The notes: generated by a model not told the origin, from the sequence alone. DNA of 63,014 nucleotides, filler included, from Globobulimina sp. (GCA_003354225.1; 24 parts of 24 records of this genome joined end to end with filler, not necessarily neighbours in it); one strand, 5' to 3'. Shown: positions 1 through 11,550, numbered from the whole stretch's first letter. A program made the numbers and translations.

Positions 1-121
1 CTTGAACCTTTTCACTAAAAAAAAATGTTAAGTCAAAAATTGTACACGACACTAATATTAATGGACCACACAATCGTTACATATATAATAGTTGATCACG
101 ATATGCTTAGTAACATAAAAG

Positions 122-1015
122 TTATTCATTTTCAACAACAACCTCATTTTCTGATTGTTCGTTTACTTCGTTAATTTTTTCATCTTCAATGGATATTTCA
201 ATTGCTCCATTACTAAGTTTCTCATTTTTTTTATTTTCCACCGAGTCCACATTCATTATCTCCACCGCACCATTATTTTTCACAATTTTATTAGGATCAA
301 AATCTATAAACTCTTCAAACAGTGCAAAATCACCACATTCATCCTGGCTATCCACCATATTCATATTGTCCTCATTTCCATTTTCATTCTCATCTCCATT
401 CTCATCGTGTTTCTTATCTTTTATTTCTGACTGTTTTTCATCATCAAAGTCTCCGTTCTCGTCACTCACATAATCTTTTACAGGTTTCTTGACCACAATT
501 TTAATTTTTTTTTCTTTTTTCTTTTTCGTTTTTTTCTTTTTCTCAGCATTTATCTGTGCTAATTTTTCAGTCATCGACATTGGAACAATAACAGCGGGCT
601 CTGGTTCAGGTCCAAATTTTCTTTTAATTTCAGTCGATTTACGTTTAAAAGTATCTGATATATCTTCGATAATTTCACTGATTTTCTTTGCCAATGTACG
701 TGATTTATTATATTCTTCAACCATTCTTTGCATTGAATATTCCTCAGAGTCAGTTTCATCCGATTTTCTTTCGTCGTCTTTATTAACTGAGTTGATAGCG
801 TCATTATCGTTTTCTTCTGGAATAAGGTCCATTTTATCAACTTCTTTTTCTTTTACTTCCAACTCTGGCTCAGATTCTGTTGGCTCTGATACAGAGTCAC
901 TATTCATTCGTTTTGCTATATTGATGTTTGTTGGGTTTGGTCGTAATGTGTGTACTCCTAAGATTATCATTATTAAAAGTATAAAAATCACTGCCATAAA
1001 GCCACCCATTTGCAT
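122..1015 (-). CDS. Hypothetical protein with N-terminal hydrophobic anchor and acidic/Lys-rich low-complexity body
   Basis: 297-aa ORF with an N-terminal hydrophobic stretch (FMAVIFILLIMIILGV) and E/D/K-rich composition; no family recognised. Confidence 0.6.
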   Translation of the reverse strand: MQMGGFMAVIFILLIMIILGVHTLRPNPTNINIAKRMNSDSVSEPTESEPELEVKEKEVDKMDLIPEENDNDAINSVNKDDERKSDETDSEEYSMQRMVEEYNKSRTLAKKISEIIEDISDTFKRKSTEIKRKFGPEPEPAVIVPMSMTEKLAQINAEKKKKTKKKKEKKIKIVVKKPVKDYVSDENGDFDDEKQSEIKDKKHDENGDENENGNEDNMNMVDSQDECGDFALFEEFIDFDPNKIVKNNGAVEIMNVDSVENKKNEKLSNGAIEISIEDEKINEVNEQSENEVVVENE

Positions 1016-1701
1016 GATGAAACTGCTGATTTGTACACTTAAAAAACTTTGCGACTCAAAATTTAATTATTGGGATAACAGTGAAACGATCGTGAAACAC
1101 AGCTATATATCCCAGACAAAAAAGAAAGCAAAAAACAAATTATATGAAAGAATAATGATCGGAGAATAGATGAATCAATAAATGCATAAATATAAATCAA
1201 ATACTGCATAACAAACAAATCAACAATTACAATCATCAAACATAAATTCCTCACAATTACAATCATCAATATTCATGTATCACAATCACAAACAAACCAA
1301 TATCAATTTACAAACCTATATCACAATCACAATCACAAACGATAATCAAATGATGTTTGATTACAAATACTGTACTTACCTGCAAAATGATTTGTAGATA
1401 TATAATAAAAGTTAATTTTGAACAATTGAAAGAGTTAATTTTGAATTCATAAATTAACAGGGATTGATATGTTTATTTTATTTTTAATATAATTGCTATA
1501 GCTATGATGATATATCCACCATCTCACAATTAGTGAAAAGTGTAGAATAAGTGCACAATTAGTGAAACATGCACATTCCCAAACATCATTTAACAATACT
1601 TTATCATCTTCCCGAGACCCAGACATTTCAGGTGGCACTAAATGACATTTATGACCCTCATGACTTTGATCCAAAATCTTAACTTCGTACTGCAGTCACA
1701 A

Positions 1702-1781
1702 CTATTGAGCTAATTTATTGTGGTGAGCGATCAACTCCAAAAGTTGAAGTCCGAATACCACAATGAAAATTAGCTCAATAG
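1702..1781. repeat. About 80-nt fold-back hairpin
   Basis: CTATTGAGCTAATTT pairs perfectly with AAATTAGCTCAATAG (15 bp); nested stems ATTGTGGT/ACCACAAT and TCAACT/AGTTGA. Confidence 0.8.
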
Positions 1782-2007
1782 CTACCAATGTAATTTATGT
1801 TGGTTTTTTTAATTTAATATAAATACGACATATATAGTATTTGCAAAAAATTTAAATATCCACAAACAAAAACAAAAATATTGTAAATTAAGTCTTACAC
1901 AAAAAACAAATAGCAATAAATATATTTTTCGGTCATTAATGTCAAATTTAAAAGAATACCATTTTAAAACACTTCTAATGTCTTCTATATATTTTCAATA
2001 TAATCAA

Positions 2008-2457
2008 TTAAGGCAAGGCATCATTACTAGCCACTCCACCAGCAAATAATAACGTACTTTTCTTTGCCATTGGTCTGTTATTATTATTTAAACTTACTTT
2101 CCGTTGAACAACTTTTTCTTTTATTACCGCTAAGTTTGAATTAGCAGCCGACGAATATGGATTATTGGTACCATATGACACTGCATACAATGTCTCTTTT
2201 GCCACTAATAAATCCTGACGGCATTGCTCTTCATCTGATTCTGTGTCTGATTCTGATGAATAAATACATGGGTTTTCATCAGGAATGATCTTCGAGCTTA
2301 CAACTCTTAATATGGTCATTCCAAGTGCTTCTTCCTCACAATGACTCGATTCCGATTTATCAGAATCTATATATTCGTCCCAATCATCATAATATCCCTC
2401 CTCCTCATCATCGCCTATTGTATATTTGGCAATCTCTTCCAAAACATCACCAATCAC
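2008..2457 (-). CDS. 3' exon of an acidic hypothetical protein (5' partial)
   Basis: 149-codon open frame with protein-like composition, preceded by AT-rich intron-like sequence near the contig end. Confidence 0.5.
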   Translation of the reverse strand: MIGDVLEEIAKYTIGDDEEEGYYDDWDEYIDSDKSESSHCEEEALGMTILRVVSSKIIPDENPCIYSSESDTESDEEQCRQDLLVAKETLYAVSYGTNNPYSSAANSNLAVIKEKVVQRKVSLNNNNRPMAKKSTLLFAGGVASNDALP

Positions 2458-2532
2458 TTTCTCTGTCTCATCTTTTTATTTTTTATATTAATTAACATAT
2501 TTCGGAAGAAAAAAACATAAATCACTGTAGCT

Positions 2533-2632
2533 NNNNNNNNNNNNNNNNNNNNNNNNNNNNNNNNNNNNNNNNNNNNTTAATTAATTAANNNNNNNNNNNN
2601 NNNNNNNNNNNNNNNNNNNNNNNNNNNNNNNN
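2533..2632. other. Artificial contig linker (first of 23 identical linkers, about every 2.63 kb)
   Basis: N44-TTAATTAATTAA-N44 puts stops in all six frames. Flanking segments decrease in length from 2532 to 2528 bp, as in a length-sorted concatenated assembly. Confidence 0.99.
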
Positions 2633-3117
2633 AATAAAATGTCCGCGAGAATATCATAACAATATTCCACAAGAAAAACAATGGAATATAGTCAATAAAT
2701 ATATGACATTGTTTCTCAATGCCACATTGTATCAAAATCACGATAATTTCAAGCTTATCATTGATGAATTAAACAATGATAAAGCAGCCGGCATTATGGC
2801 TGATATCGGAAACGCAAATTGTCCAACTTAATGACTGATAAGTACTGATTTTTAATTTTAATTATAATTTTAATTATTACTATCCACTTAATGACTGATA
2901 AGTACTCCGTCAAACAGCTCTTAATTTTCAATCAGTTCGAGAAGTCTTGCACGTTTTATCAAAATCATGGCCATTACTCCACTCCTTTTGACCCGTTTAC
3001 TGACCTAGTACGTGATGGGTAAAACATTGTACATGATTGGTAAAAAAAACACAAAAAGAAAACCTTATATTAAACAAAAAAATGTGTTCAATTATGGGAG
3101 ATTATTAAATAAAAAAA

Positions 3118-3195
3118 TGTGATGATTGGGATTTGAACCCAAATCTTATTGACACGCAAATTGACTAATTTCAGCTCAATGCAATATGTCATCAT
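3118..3195 (-). pseudogene. Degenerate tRNA-like element (T-arm and acceptor stem only)
   Basis: On the minus strand: TTGGG-TTCAAAT-CCCAA T-arm, TGATGA/TCATCA acceptor-like pairing and a following oligo-T. No credible D or anticodon arm. Confidence 0.35.
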
Positions 3196-3282
3196 GTTGC
3201 TTGCGCGAGATATAAAAAGCATATTTAGTTTCACTGGAGTCACTGTTTTCAGTTTGAAAAAATCACAAAAACGAATACAAAA

Positions 3283-3753
3283 ATGAGTTTAGAAAAAATA
3301 AACTCTCCTAATTTACCAATATATGGAGCAATATCATTGGGGGTTTTGCATTATGCGTTGGCACTAAAAATGAGTTTCGGTTGGAGAATTCCATTGGGCT
3401 TAGCTGCAAAAGCAAATGATAATGATACAGTGCAACAAATGGCGAATAGCGATGCATATATCATTGCACAAAGAGTTCAATTGAATATCTCTGAATATTC
3501 AGGGTTGTTGATGCCTCTTTTAATGTACATTCAATATGAATTAAATCGAAGGAAAATCAAATTAACAAAAAGTGGTGTTATTTACATATATTTGGTGGTT
3601 ATTGGTTCATACATATTTACCATTGGATTTTCATCATGTAAAAAATTAACGGATTCAACAGTTGCACGTTTGGTAGGTGCTGCCTCGAGATATATTGGGA
3701 TTGCTGGTTTATTACAAATGTCCTATAAACTCGCAAAACATGGGAAATTATAA
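3283..3753 (+). CDS. MAPEG-family membrane protein
   Basis: 156 aa with about 4 hydrophobic helices; AQRVQLNISEY matches the MAPEG R-x-x-x-N-x-x-E motif. Confidence 0.65.
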   Translation: MSLEKINSPNLPIYGAISLGVLHYALALKMSFGWRIPLGLAAKANDNDTVQQMANSDAYIIAQRVQLNISEYSGLLMPLLMYIQYELNRRKIKLTKSGVIYIYLVVIGSYIFTIGFSSCKKLTDSTVARLVGAASRYIGIAGLLQMSYKLAKHGKL

Positions 3754-3839
3754 AAACATAATATTATATCTTTGTGCAAGAATTAATAAACATTCTTAGT
3801 GGTTTTCAGGTTTTTAGTCAGTAGTAAGAAATACTAAGA

Positions 3840-5163
3840 ATGATAGTTTATTGCTTCCTTTTCTTAGTGGTTGTCATTAACTCATTGCGTCCTTACCGTT
3901 TACGCGTAGAATATAATGAATATCCAATTGGTTTAGATGTGGACAATCCGCGTTTTTTTTGGGCAATAGATGGTGAAGGAATTCGTGGAGACTTTCAAAC
4001 TTCATATCAACTCAAAATATATGACACAGAAACGAAGCAACTAATTGCTGACACACAGAAAATAAATAGCAGTTTGTCCTCACATATTAGAATTAATAAT
4101 TTCTCAGTTTTAAATAACACACAATCTCGTTATTGCTACACTGTCCAAATATGGAATGGCTCCGATATTCAAAGTAATGTCGCCACCGCCTATTTTATCT
4201 CAAGTCCCATAGCAGCATCGGAGTGGGATAAAGCATCGTGGCTTACAATTCCATCATTGCTGAATCCGAACAAATCAAACGGTTTAATTATGAACCAATT
4301 TCGAACTGAATTTGATATAAATGCAACAGCAACATCAAGAACAATACGATCCGCATATTGTTATTTTGCGTCACCAAATTATTATGTTGCATTTATAAAT
4401 AATATACGTTCAGATGATCATATCTTAGGTGCCTTCACTCAGTTTGATTATACCACTTATTATGACATGGCGGATTGTACATCGATGCTAAAAATGAATG
4501 CCAGGAATGTAATTGGCATAACTTTGGGAAACGGTCGTTATACACAGCAAAAGGTTGGAGCGCCAATAATAAAAATAATAATAAAAATTACATTTATGGA
4601 TAACTCGCAATTACAAATTAATTCAAATTCGCAGCAATGGCTTCAAGGATATGGACCGATTCGAATGAATGATATTTACCGCGGGGAATGGTATGACGCC
4701 ACCAAAGAAACCAAAGGTTGGTTGTTGCCATATTATAGATATGATAGTGATGTATGGCGGAGAGCGCAGGTTATCGCATCACCAGTTATTGGCAAATTAT
4801 TATCCGCCGCAATTATGCCCGCAATTAAGAAACGGGACTCATTCACTGCCAAATCAATAACTAATCCATTACCAAATGTTTATGTGTTTGATTTCGGACA
4901 AAACGTAGCTGGAATTTGTGAGTTTCATATTGCAGGAAATGAGTTTGTTGCTTCCAACATCACAATGGTACATTCAGAACAATTAAATGTTGATGGTACA
5001 GTCGCGCAGCTTTATGGCGAACAAAATGAAATTGCCACATATACATTGCGTGGTGATGGGAATGCAGAGATTTATATTCCTTCGTTTACATATTTTGGAT
5101 ATCAATATGTTGAAATGAGAATACCTGCAAATATTAATTTTGTTCCATCAAAGCAGACCTTGA
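3840..5163 (+). CDS. Secreted alpha-L-rhamnosidase (GH78), N-terminal part, 3' truncated by contig end
   Basis: Signal peptide; LRVEYNEYPIGLDVDNPRFFW, DIYRGEWYDAT, VFDFGQNVAG and PSFTYFGYQYVE are typical GH78 N-terminal motifs. Confidence 0.92.
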
Positions 5164-5263
5164 NNNNNNNNNNNNNNNNNNNNNNNNNNNNNNNNNNNNN
5201 NNNNNNNTTAATTAATTAANNNNNNNNNNNNNNNNNNNNNNNNNNNNNNNNNNNNNNNNNNNN

Positions 5264-5921
5264 TGCAAACTACTAAATTGAATATTGGAGCGTGTACCAT
5301 GAACGGAGCGATTAATCCTCTCATTCTTTGAGTAAGTTTGAGTAAGTTCTTGTCTTCTGATAATCTCATGCCAACAACATCTCGCCTGATTGCTTTGTCT
5401 TTTACTTGAGCGGCTTTGAAGCGAATGCAATTTAAAAAATAAGCAATACCAAATAAACCATGGGGATGAATGCCAGTACAAACTGGAAATTGGAGATTAT
5501 GAGGGTCAGATTCCCAGCTTAAGGAAGTCCCTCCCTCAAAATAAGCAGCGCCGTAACGTGCGTATAATCTACAAATCCACGGTTGTGGTGATATTGGTAG
5601 GAGAGGTGGAAGAAATGCTACGGAGAACAGAATAATTGCGGTGGTATAATACTTTGATAAGAGCAGAGTACATACGATGAATGGTATGAACATTCCTAAA
5701 ATCCTGAATGTGATTGTTGTTGTTGTTACTTAATTAATTGTTGTTGTGCAATGGATAAATGTGTCATACCAAGAACTTAGAAAAACAGTCATAACAATAG
5801 TCCCTGCAATTCTGGAATACCACGTCTTTTTGTAACCGAGTCTAGCTACAGAAGACAGTCCGCTTAAATCTGGATGTACTAACGACAACTTGTGCTGAGC
5901 TTTTTTGAAGGCCATCGTCAA
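5264..5921 (-). CDS. DGAT2/MOGAT-family acyltransferase, 5' part (intron 5704-5769)
   Basis: HPHG catalytic motif (GIHPHGLFG); a 66-nt GT-AG intron joins ...FLSSW to ILGMFIP. Confidence 0.85.
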
Positions 5922-5950
5922 CTATTGCGATATTTTTGATTGTATCGGTT

Positions 5951-6044
5951 TACCGTTTAATCATAGCTATAAATAACCATCAGAGATCGATAAATACCGT
6001 TTAATCATAGCATAACTCATAATTCATAACCGTCAGAGATCGAT
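5951..6044. repeat. Imperfect tandem duplication upstream of the DGAT2 gene
   Basis: Two copies of TACCGTTTAATCATAGC...ATAACC(A/G)TCAGAGATCGAT. Confidence 0.7.
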
Positions 6045-6687
6045 GCAGCTGATACATTTGACCTGATACACAACATTGATATCCATATCCACCCCCCTTG
6101 CAAATGAAGAATGAGCAGCCATGATTAGCAAAGTGAACTGAATGATTCAGCCAGTGCTTACCGAAATTTGTATTTCTAAACCGGATTAATATGTTTGACA
6201 CAATTCCGATTTGCACTCAATGCACTGATAATTAAGAAAGAAAATAAAGAGGAATTAATTCATCAAACTGCATTTTTCCGAAACTGTGACCAAAGGTTGG
6301 CCGGTGAACAATCTTAATTTGCATTATATTGGAAATAACGCACAATCCAAAATGCGACTGAAAACCGTATCACAATTCCATCCGTCGTTCTAAGACAATT
6401 TGAATTATTGAGTAAACAAAACAAAATCCAATAACCATTCCAGAAAGAACCCATACTGCCTGCACCACTCCACAACTGCATGGGATAAAGTTTTCTTACC
6501 TTTGTCTGATCTGAAACTTGATCACCACAAATATCAAACGGTAACATATTCTTAGATCCAATTTCACCAAAAGTATAATCTTTAGAAGCTTTCATCGGAT
6601 CCTTGATTGTAAATTCTAAATCATTTTCTTTGAAATATGTCTGAACGCTCCACATAGATATTGGATAATGGTAAATGGAACAAAAAT

Positions 6688-6754
6688 GGTCGCATAGCTC
6701 AAGCAGAGCACTGGATTCATCCAGAAGATACAGGTTCAAATCCTGTGGCGACAG
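6688..6754 (+). ncRNA. Non-canonical tRNA-like element (pseudo-tRNA or SINE head) with a 4-nt anticodon loop
   Basis: GGTCGCA-TA-GCTC(AAGCA)GAGC-A-CTGGA(TTCA)TCCAG-AAGAT-ACAGG(TTCAAAT)CCTGT-GGCGACA. D, anticodon and T stems are perfect, acceptor pairs 5 of 7, A and B boxes retained. Confidence 0.7.
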
Positions 6755-6801
6755 CCAAACATCGTGGAATGGATTTGAATTTTTATGGAATGGATGAGTT
6801 A

Positions 6802-7041
6802 GAATAGAAAAGGAAGGATTTTTGTGGTGATATCACACCGCCAAACAGATGAAAATTTGAATTGAAAAAGAAGGAATTTTGTGGTGATGCAACACCACCA
6901 AACGGATGAAAATATGAATAGAAAACTTGAAAAATATTGAAAAAAAGAAAGGAATTCTGTGGTGATACGACACCACCAAACGCAAACGGGTGAGATCCCC
7001 AGAACTAATTATTTAAAGGCAAAAAGGGCGAGATCCCCAGA
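6802..7041 (+). repeat. Three hairpin repeats TGTGGTGAT-NNN-ACACCRCCAAAC plus two GGG(T/C)GAGATCCCCAGA repeats
   Basis: Copies at 6823-6846, 6880-6903 and 6958-6981; the second motif lies near 6988 and 7026. Confidence 0.85.
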
Positions 7042-7118
7042 CTAAATAGTAAATATCTAATTAAATACTTAAACATAAACAGATAAACAGATAATATTTA
7101 CACTAGATTTTCATGCAT

Positions 7119-7581
7119 TCACAATATTTTAACTTTGAAGCTTTGATCATATCCAAATCGCCATTTATTTCTTTCAAAAATACCAATTATTTCATTCACG
7201 TACCAAGCATGATATTCATCAATGTCTTCTTGTGTAGGATTCTCAATTTTGGCGCGTATGGTATTGGGAGACCAAATTGTGTGCAATCCAAGATTGCGAA
7301 ATGGCAAAAAAAATACGTACCAGTATGGCCCGACAGGAAATACAGCGGGTATTTTCCATTTATTCAAAAACATCTTTAGTGTCATAATCCAATCTTTAGT
7401 GTGAGTAAAATAGATTATTGTAGGTCTCGCATTCCCCAAAAGAGTAGGCAGCGCCTATTTCATATCCAAACTGCAAACAATATTTAATAAACCCCTTTCG
7501 TTGTCGAATATAGATCATATTTTCTCCCTTTTTAAATAATGTGGCTTCTTCGAATCCACCTGGAACCAAAGCAAAAGATGT
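7119..7581 (-). pseudogene. Second DGAT2-family copy, C-terminal exon with an apparent frameshift
   Basis: ALVPGGFEEA...RKGFIKYCLQFG...YSFGE ends at TAA near 7396, and the conserved tail (LPFR, NPTQEDIDEYH) continues in another frame. Could be an assembly error in a T-run. Confidence 0.75.
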
Positions 7582-8052
7582 ACCTAATTCTCTTCTTCCC
7601 AGTCATCGGAGAATTGACAGTAATATATAAGAGCATCTTTGTTGCCGATCTTTTTGTGAATGGCAACCATTTTAATGACTTGAGATTCAATTTTGTCAAC
7701 CAAAACCTCGTCATCTGTACTGGTTGCGACATATTAGAGTTTTCCTATTTAACCTTGATTTTGCTCATGATCAACTTTTTTTAATCATTTGTGANNNNNN
7801 NNNNNNNNNNNNNNNNNNNNNNNNNNNNNNNNNNNNNNTTAATTAATTAANNNNNNNNNNNNNNNNNNNNNNNNNNNNNNNNNNNNNNNNNNNNCTGCGA
7901 AACAATACAACAAAATAATACATTACAAACATATAATAACAACAATGCTCTTGTGTGTGTGACTGTTTTTTAGCTATTTAGACCTCAATGATATCCTTGC
8001 ACAACTCACTAAATGTTAGTCACTGGCTTAATGATTTCCAAAATGGCCGCAG

Positions 8053-9153
8053 CTACACACACTTACGTCTTGATAATATGTTTAAGTCCCAATTGTAATG
8101 AAGATATTGGATGTCATTGGCATTTTGTATCAATTGCTTTGTAGCATTGCTTTTTATATATTTTGTGAGAAATGTTTTAATATTTGGCTTAAAATCCGTG
8201 TCTTGAAACCAGCCGTATATCATATTTAAATATAAAGTGTTTCCACCAATCTGCATGCCTTTGGATGTGTTATTCATCCACATTCTAAATGACGACAATA
8301 ATTGTGATTCGATAATATTTGGGTCATAGGCCACATTTATAAGATCCGGACAACTCAATGCCGCGCAATAAAGACAGGAATGTATCCTCGAATCGTTCCA
8401 ATATTTCCGCAATGTATTTTGTTCCACATTATCCAACGTATAGTCAACGCCGCCAATCTGACCGGCCGTCATTTTCCAAACAGATCGCAAGCCAATATAT
8501 TGAGTAATGTCGGTGATGGAACTTACAAAACCTCCGTCCTTGTCGGCGTGATCCAAAATCATTTTTATTGCGAAAGCATTATAGACATTGATGTAAAACG
8601 CGTACTGTTGAGAACAATTCAAAGTGGCGACATCAAATAAAGATATTTCATTTATAAATTGATAAAACATTGTATTTAATGTATCATTGTTGCGCAATGA
8701 CTGATAATCAATTAATGTCGAAGTGATGCCTCCCATTTGCCGGCATCCTGTTTGTTTTACAACAGTATGCAATATGTTATCCCATGAATTATAGTCAAAC
8801 GATGTACAGTGTATTGGCAGGGCACAACAGGGTGGCTTATTGGGGATGGATTGGAATATATAGCCTCCCAAATATGCGGTGATTAATAAAAACGTCAATG
8901 TGATAAATAAAAATATCCAAAACGCAATCATGCAAATGCATAATCTGATATAACAACAACAGCACTTCCAATGGATGTTGCACCATTTAAACCGTTCGTT
9001 TTGGCAATGCAAGCAATCCTGTTCGGTATTCGATACATTGTAATAACTTAAATGATCAATTAAAACACCTCCGGATGCCACATTTAAATTACTTTGCAGT
9101 GTTATTGGGGAAGTAAATTTTGAATACGGATGGCTCGCTTGATTTTTCGCCAT
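8053..9153 (-). CDS. DUF547 domain membrane-anchored protein
   Basis: AFYINVYNA, TLDNVEQ..LR, DSRIHSCLYCAALSCP and YNWDLN motifs; N-terminal TM segment. Confidence 0.88.
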   Translation of the reverse strand: MAKNQASHPYSKFTSPITLQSNLNVASGGVLIDHLSYYNVSNTEQDCLHCQNERFKWCNIHWKCCCCYIRLCICMIAFWIFLFITLTFLLITAYLGGYIFQSIPNKPPCCALPIHCTSFDYNSWDNILHTVVKQTGCRQMGGITSTLIDYQSLRNNDTLNTMFYQFINEISLFDVATLNCSQQYAFYINVYNAFAIKMILDHADKDGGFVSSITDITQYIGLRSVWKMTAGQIGGVDYTLDNVEQNTLRKYWNDSRIHSCLYCAALSCPDLINVAYDPNIIESQLLSSFRMWMNNTSKGMQIGGNTLYLNMIYGWFQDTDFKPNIKTFLTKYIKSNATKQLIQNANDIQYLHYNWDLNILSRRKCV

Positions 9154-9356
9154 AAATATAAAACTTCTTCACTCACTTCTATATATATATTACTAGGGAC
9201 AGTAAGATTTGTTTACGATTTGATAAAAACAAACACAAAAACACAGATCAAACGTTTAACAATTATAATAATATTAAAATTAAATATGTATAAATATCCT
9301 AAATTATCCTATTCAAAAAAAAGAAAAAATTGCATTGCATTATTACAGATTATTGA

Positions 9357-10254
9357 TTATTGATCGTCATTTGACACATTATTCGATAATATTTCATATT
9401 CCTGTTTTGTGGCTACAATTTTTTTTAATAACTCCCGATGCGTTGATGCTATTTTCTCAATTAATAATTGTTCCTTTTCTGCGACATTAATTATTTTATT
9501 TTGCCAATGATGAGAGAAAGGATGAGTTTGTATCAATTTATGTGGCCCCAACACTAGTTTTGCATATAAACTATAATAAGGATCAATAAACTCAATTTCT
9601 GAAAAAGATTCTTCAATAATTCCTTTTTTGCTGTCTTCTGTTGAATCTTTGGCAAATAATCGCAATCCATGAACGAATGCTATCTTATTCTCGTTATCAA
9701 CATCAACATCAACGTCCATGCGAGCAATATCACTGTTGGCATTCCTCCGTTTTCTATTTTGTAAACCAGCAATGTCATGAAAACATATTTCGATTTTGAT
9801 ATCAAACTGACCCCATCCTGTTGCAACCAGCAAAATATATTGCTTTTGTTGATAAAAAAAGTAGTCTTCAAAATAAAATACCTTCCTCAGTCAATTCGAA
9901 AGGGGCCTGCTCGATGACTCTGATTGGTTCGGTGTATGACTCATGAAGATAAAATACAACTTTTTTAATGAAATATGATAAATCTTCATTTTCAACACCT
10001 CGAACATACACTGTCCATCGGAACCAATCCTCATTGTCTTCGTCGAGTATTTTGCACGATAATGTTTGATTTTTTGTCCGTGGTCTTTCCGATCGATAAC
10101 TAACATTTCCATAAATAATTGGTCGAAACACTGTTATACCATTCACTCGAACATTGTCTGTCGGAACAAGTTCTTCATAATCCACCGGATTTGATTTCGA
10201 CATGTTCTGATCTGGTGATACATCCCCGTCTTTAACATTTAATTCAGAGGCCAT
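9357..10254 (-). CDS. YAF9: YEATS-domain protein (Yaf9/GAS41-like), intron 9818-9881
   Basis: RPIIYGN, WTVYVRG, FIKKVVFYLHESY; a 64-nt GT-AG intron joins PFELTEE to GWGQFDIKI; C-terminal coiled coil. Confidence 0.9.
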
Positions 10255-10590
10255 TTTTCACCGTGCAAAAAAACCATTCTTTTTTTTTATATTAATAATC
10301 ATGGCTCGCGCTGCGGCAAAATTCAGTAATCACTGCCATATACATATGGCATTACTATCATTTGTAGTGTTTCTTTGCATATTTGCAATGACATTAATGA
10401 ACAATCATTTAGAACTATATTTCAANNNNNNNNNNNNNNNNNNNNNNNNNNNNNNNNNNNNNNNNNNNNTTAATTAATTAANNNNNNNNNNNNNNNNNNN
10501 NNNNNNNNNNNNNNNNNNNNNNNNNGCTAAATAAGCTTGCGTTAAAAGCCCACAACTCAGGTCTAAATTGCAATAAATTGCAATAACCAT

Positions 10591-10636
10591 ATACCTAGGT
10601 CCTAGGTCCAAATTATATTGCGCAATATAAGAACAA
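10591..10636. repeat. Left inverted repeat containing CCTAGG twice and the palindrome TTATATTGCGCAATATAA
   Basis: Reverse complement of 12889-12935 apart from one T indel; palindrome at 10613-10630. Confidence 0.95.
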
Positions 10637-10832
10637 CCCCTAATGCGACGAACGAAACTTTGTGTGAAGTGTGTATAGTATGTCTTATGCACGTATTTTT
10701 ATACACGACAGCACGTATTTGTGCACAGTATATACAGACATCATGATTAAAGGAGAGAAATGGGCAGCAACTTTGTGGATTTGGACCGCATAGATAATGT
10801 TTTTTTAATTTTGAAGTGACATAATCATCAAC

Positions 10833-11516
10833 ATGACACTTGATGTAGTTCTTGTATTCGAACTTCTATTTGCATCAATAAGCTCAATCATCATTCCCTC
10901 GCTGTTTATTCGATTATTAGTAAAAGAAGATAGTTTCAGACAATGTGGATTTAAATTGTGGAAGTTACGGAAAGATACCGTCTGTGCCATTATTACTTTA
11001 ACCTGCTTTGTAATGTTTGCATTCTGGGTGACCATAGATTCCATTTATTACTTGGTCTCCACTGTAAATAATTCCTTCAATCCAAATTTTTGCATCGCAA
11101 AATGGTATGATTCAATCGCGTGGTCATTCGGTAAATATGCAGTATATTTATTTTATATTGCTCGGCTGCATGCTATTTTTGATGGGACAGTATTTGCGAT
11201 ACCAAGCAATCGGTTAAAACTAATGGCAGTTATTGTGTGCATACCAAATTTTCTTTATTCAATGTTAGTTAAACGTACATATTGCTCTATTTTTATATAT
11301 GCTTTGTTTAATATGTACAGAATGGTGCTCCACGCATTAGCAACTCCGGCAAAATTAATATTACATTCAAATACAGATTTTGATATAAACAGCGCAGCAG
11401 ATTGCAGTATTTTTTTCTGCGCAAATAGTCTCCCAAAACACGTTACCGATTTGATTCCCGCATTGACCCACTTGTACCGCAACAATTTCACGACCCATTA
11501 TTATGTAAACACTTGA
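10833..11516 (+). CDS. GPCR-like multi-pass membrane protein, apparently truncated after about TM4 (probable in-frame intron 11264-11320)
   Basis: Shares K..Y..F/Y..RL...FDG..F with the 7TM protein at 59472; 57-nt GTTAGT...TACAG intron candidate. Confidence 0.65.
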   Translation: MTLDVVLVFELLFASISSIIIPSLFIRLLVKEDSFRQCGFKLWKLRKDTVCAIITLTCFVMFAFWVTIDSIYYLVSTVNNSFNPNFCIAKWYDSIAWSFGKYAVYLFYIARLHAIFDGTVFAIPSNRLKLMAVIVCIPNFLYSMLVKRTYCSIFIYALFNMYRMVLHALATPAKLILHSNTDFDINSAADCSIFFCANSLPKHVTDLIPALTHLYRNNFTTHYYVNT

Positions 11517-11550
11517 TGTTTAAAGAGTTTTTTGTCAGTTTGATATAAAA

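Noticed and set aside
489-1169. Long antisense ORFs (also 41277-41678, 48178-48585, 56008-56670, 62294-62931)
   Set aside because: Shadows of low-complexity or real coding sequence on the opposite strand.
6711-6724. UCA-anticodon (UGA suppressor or Sec) tRNA explaining the in-frame TGAs
   Set aside because: The loop has only 4 nt (6 if the stem is shortened), the D-loop GG is missing and there is no long variable arm, so decoding is unlikely.
6314-6739. 141-aa minus-strand ORF
   Set aside because: Starts at TTG antisense to the tRNA-like element and has no recognisable family; at most a gene remnant.
6823-6981. Possible mini CRISPR array (24-nt palindromic repeats)
   Set aside because: Spacers are unequal (33 and 54 nt) and similar to each other, there are no cas genes, and the context is eukaryotic.
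7582-7730. Chromodomain-like peptide upstream of the second DGAT2 exon
   Set aside because: Short, bounded by stops, and the similarity is too weak to support by eye.
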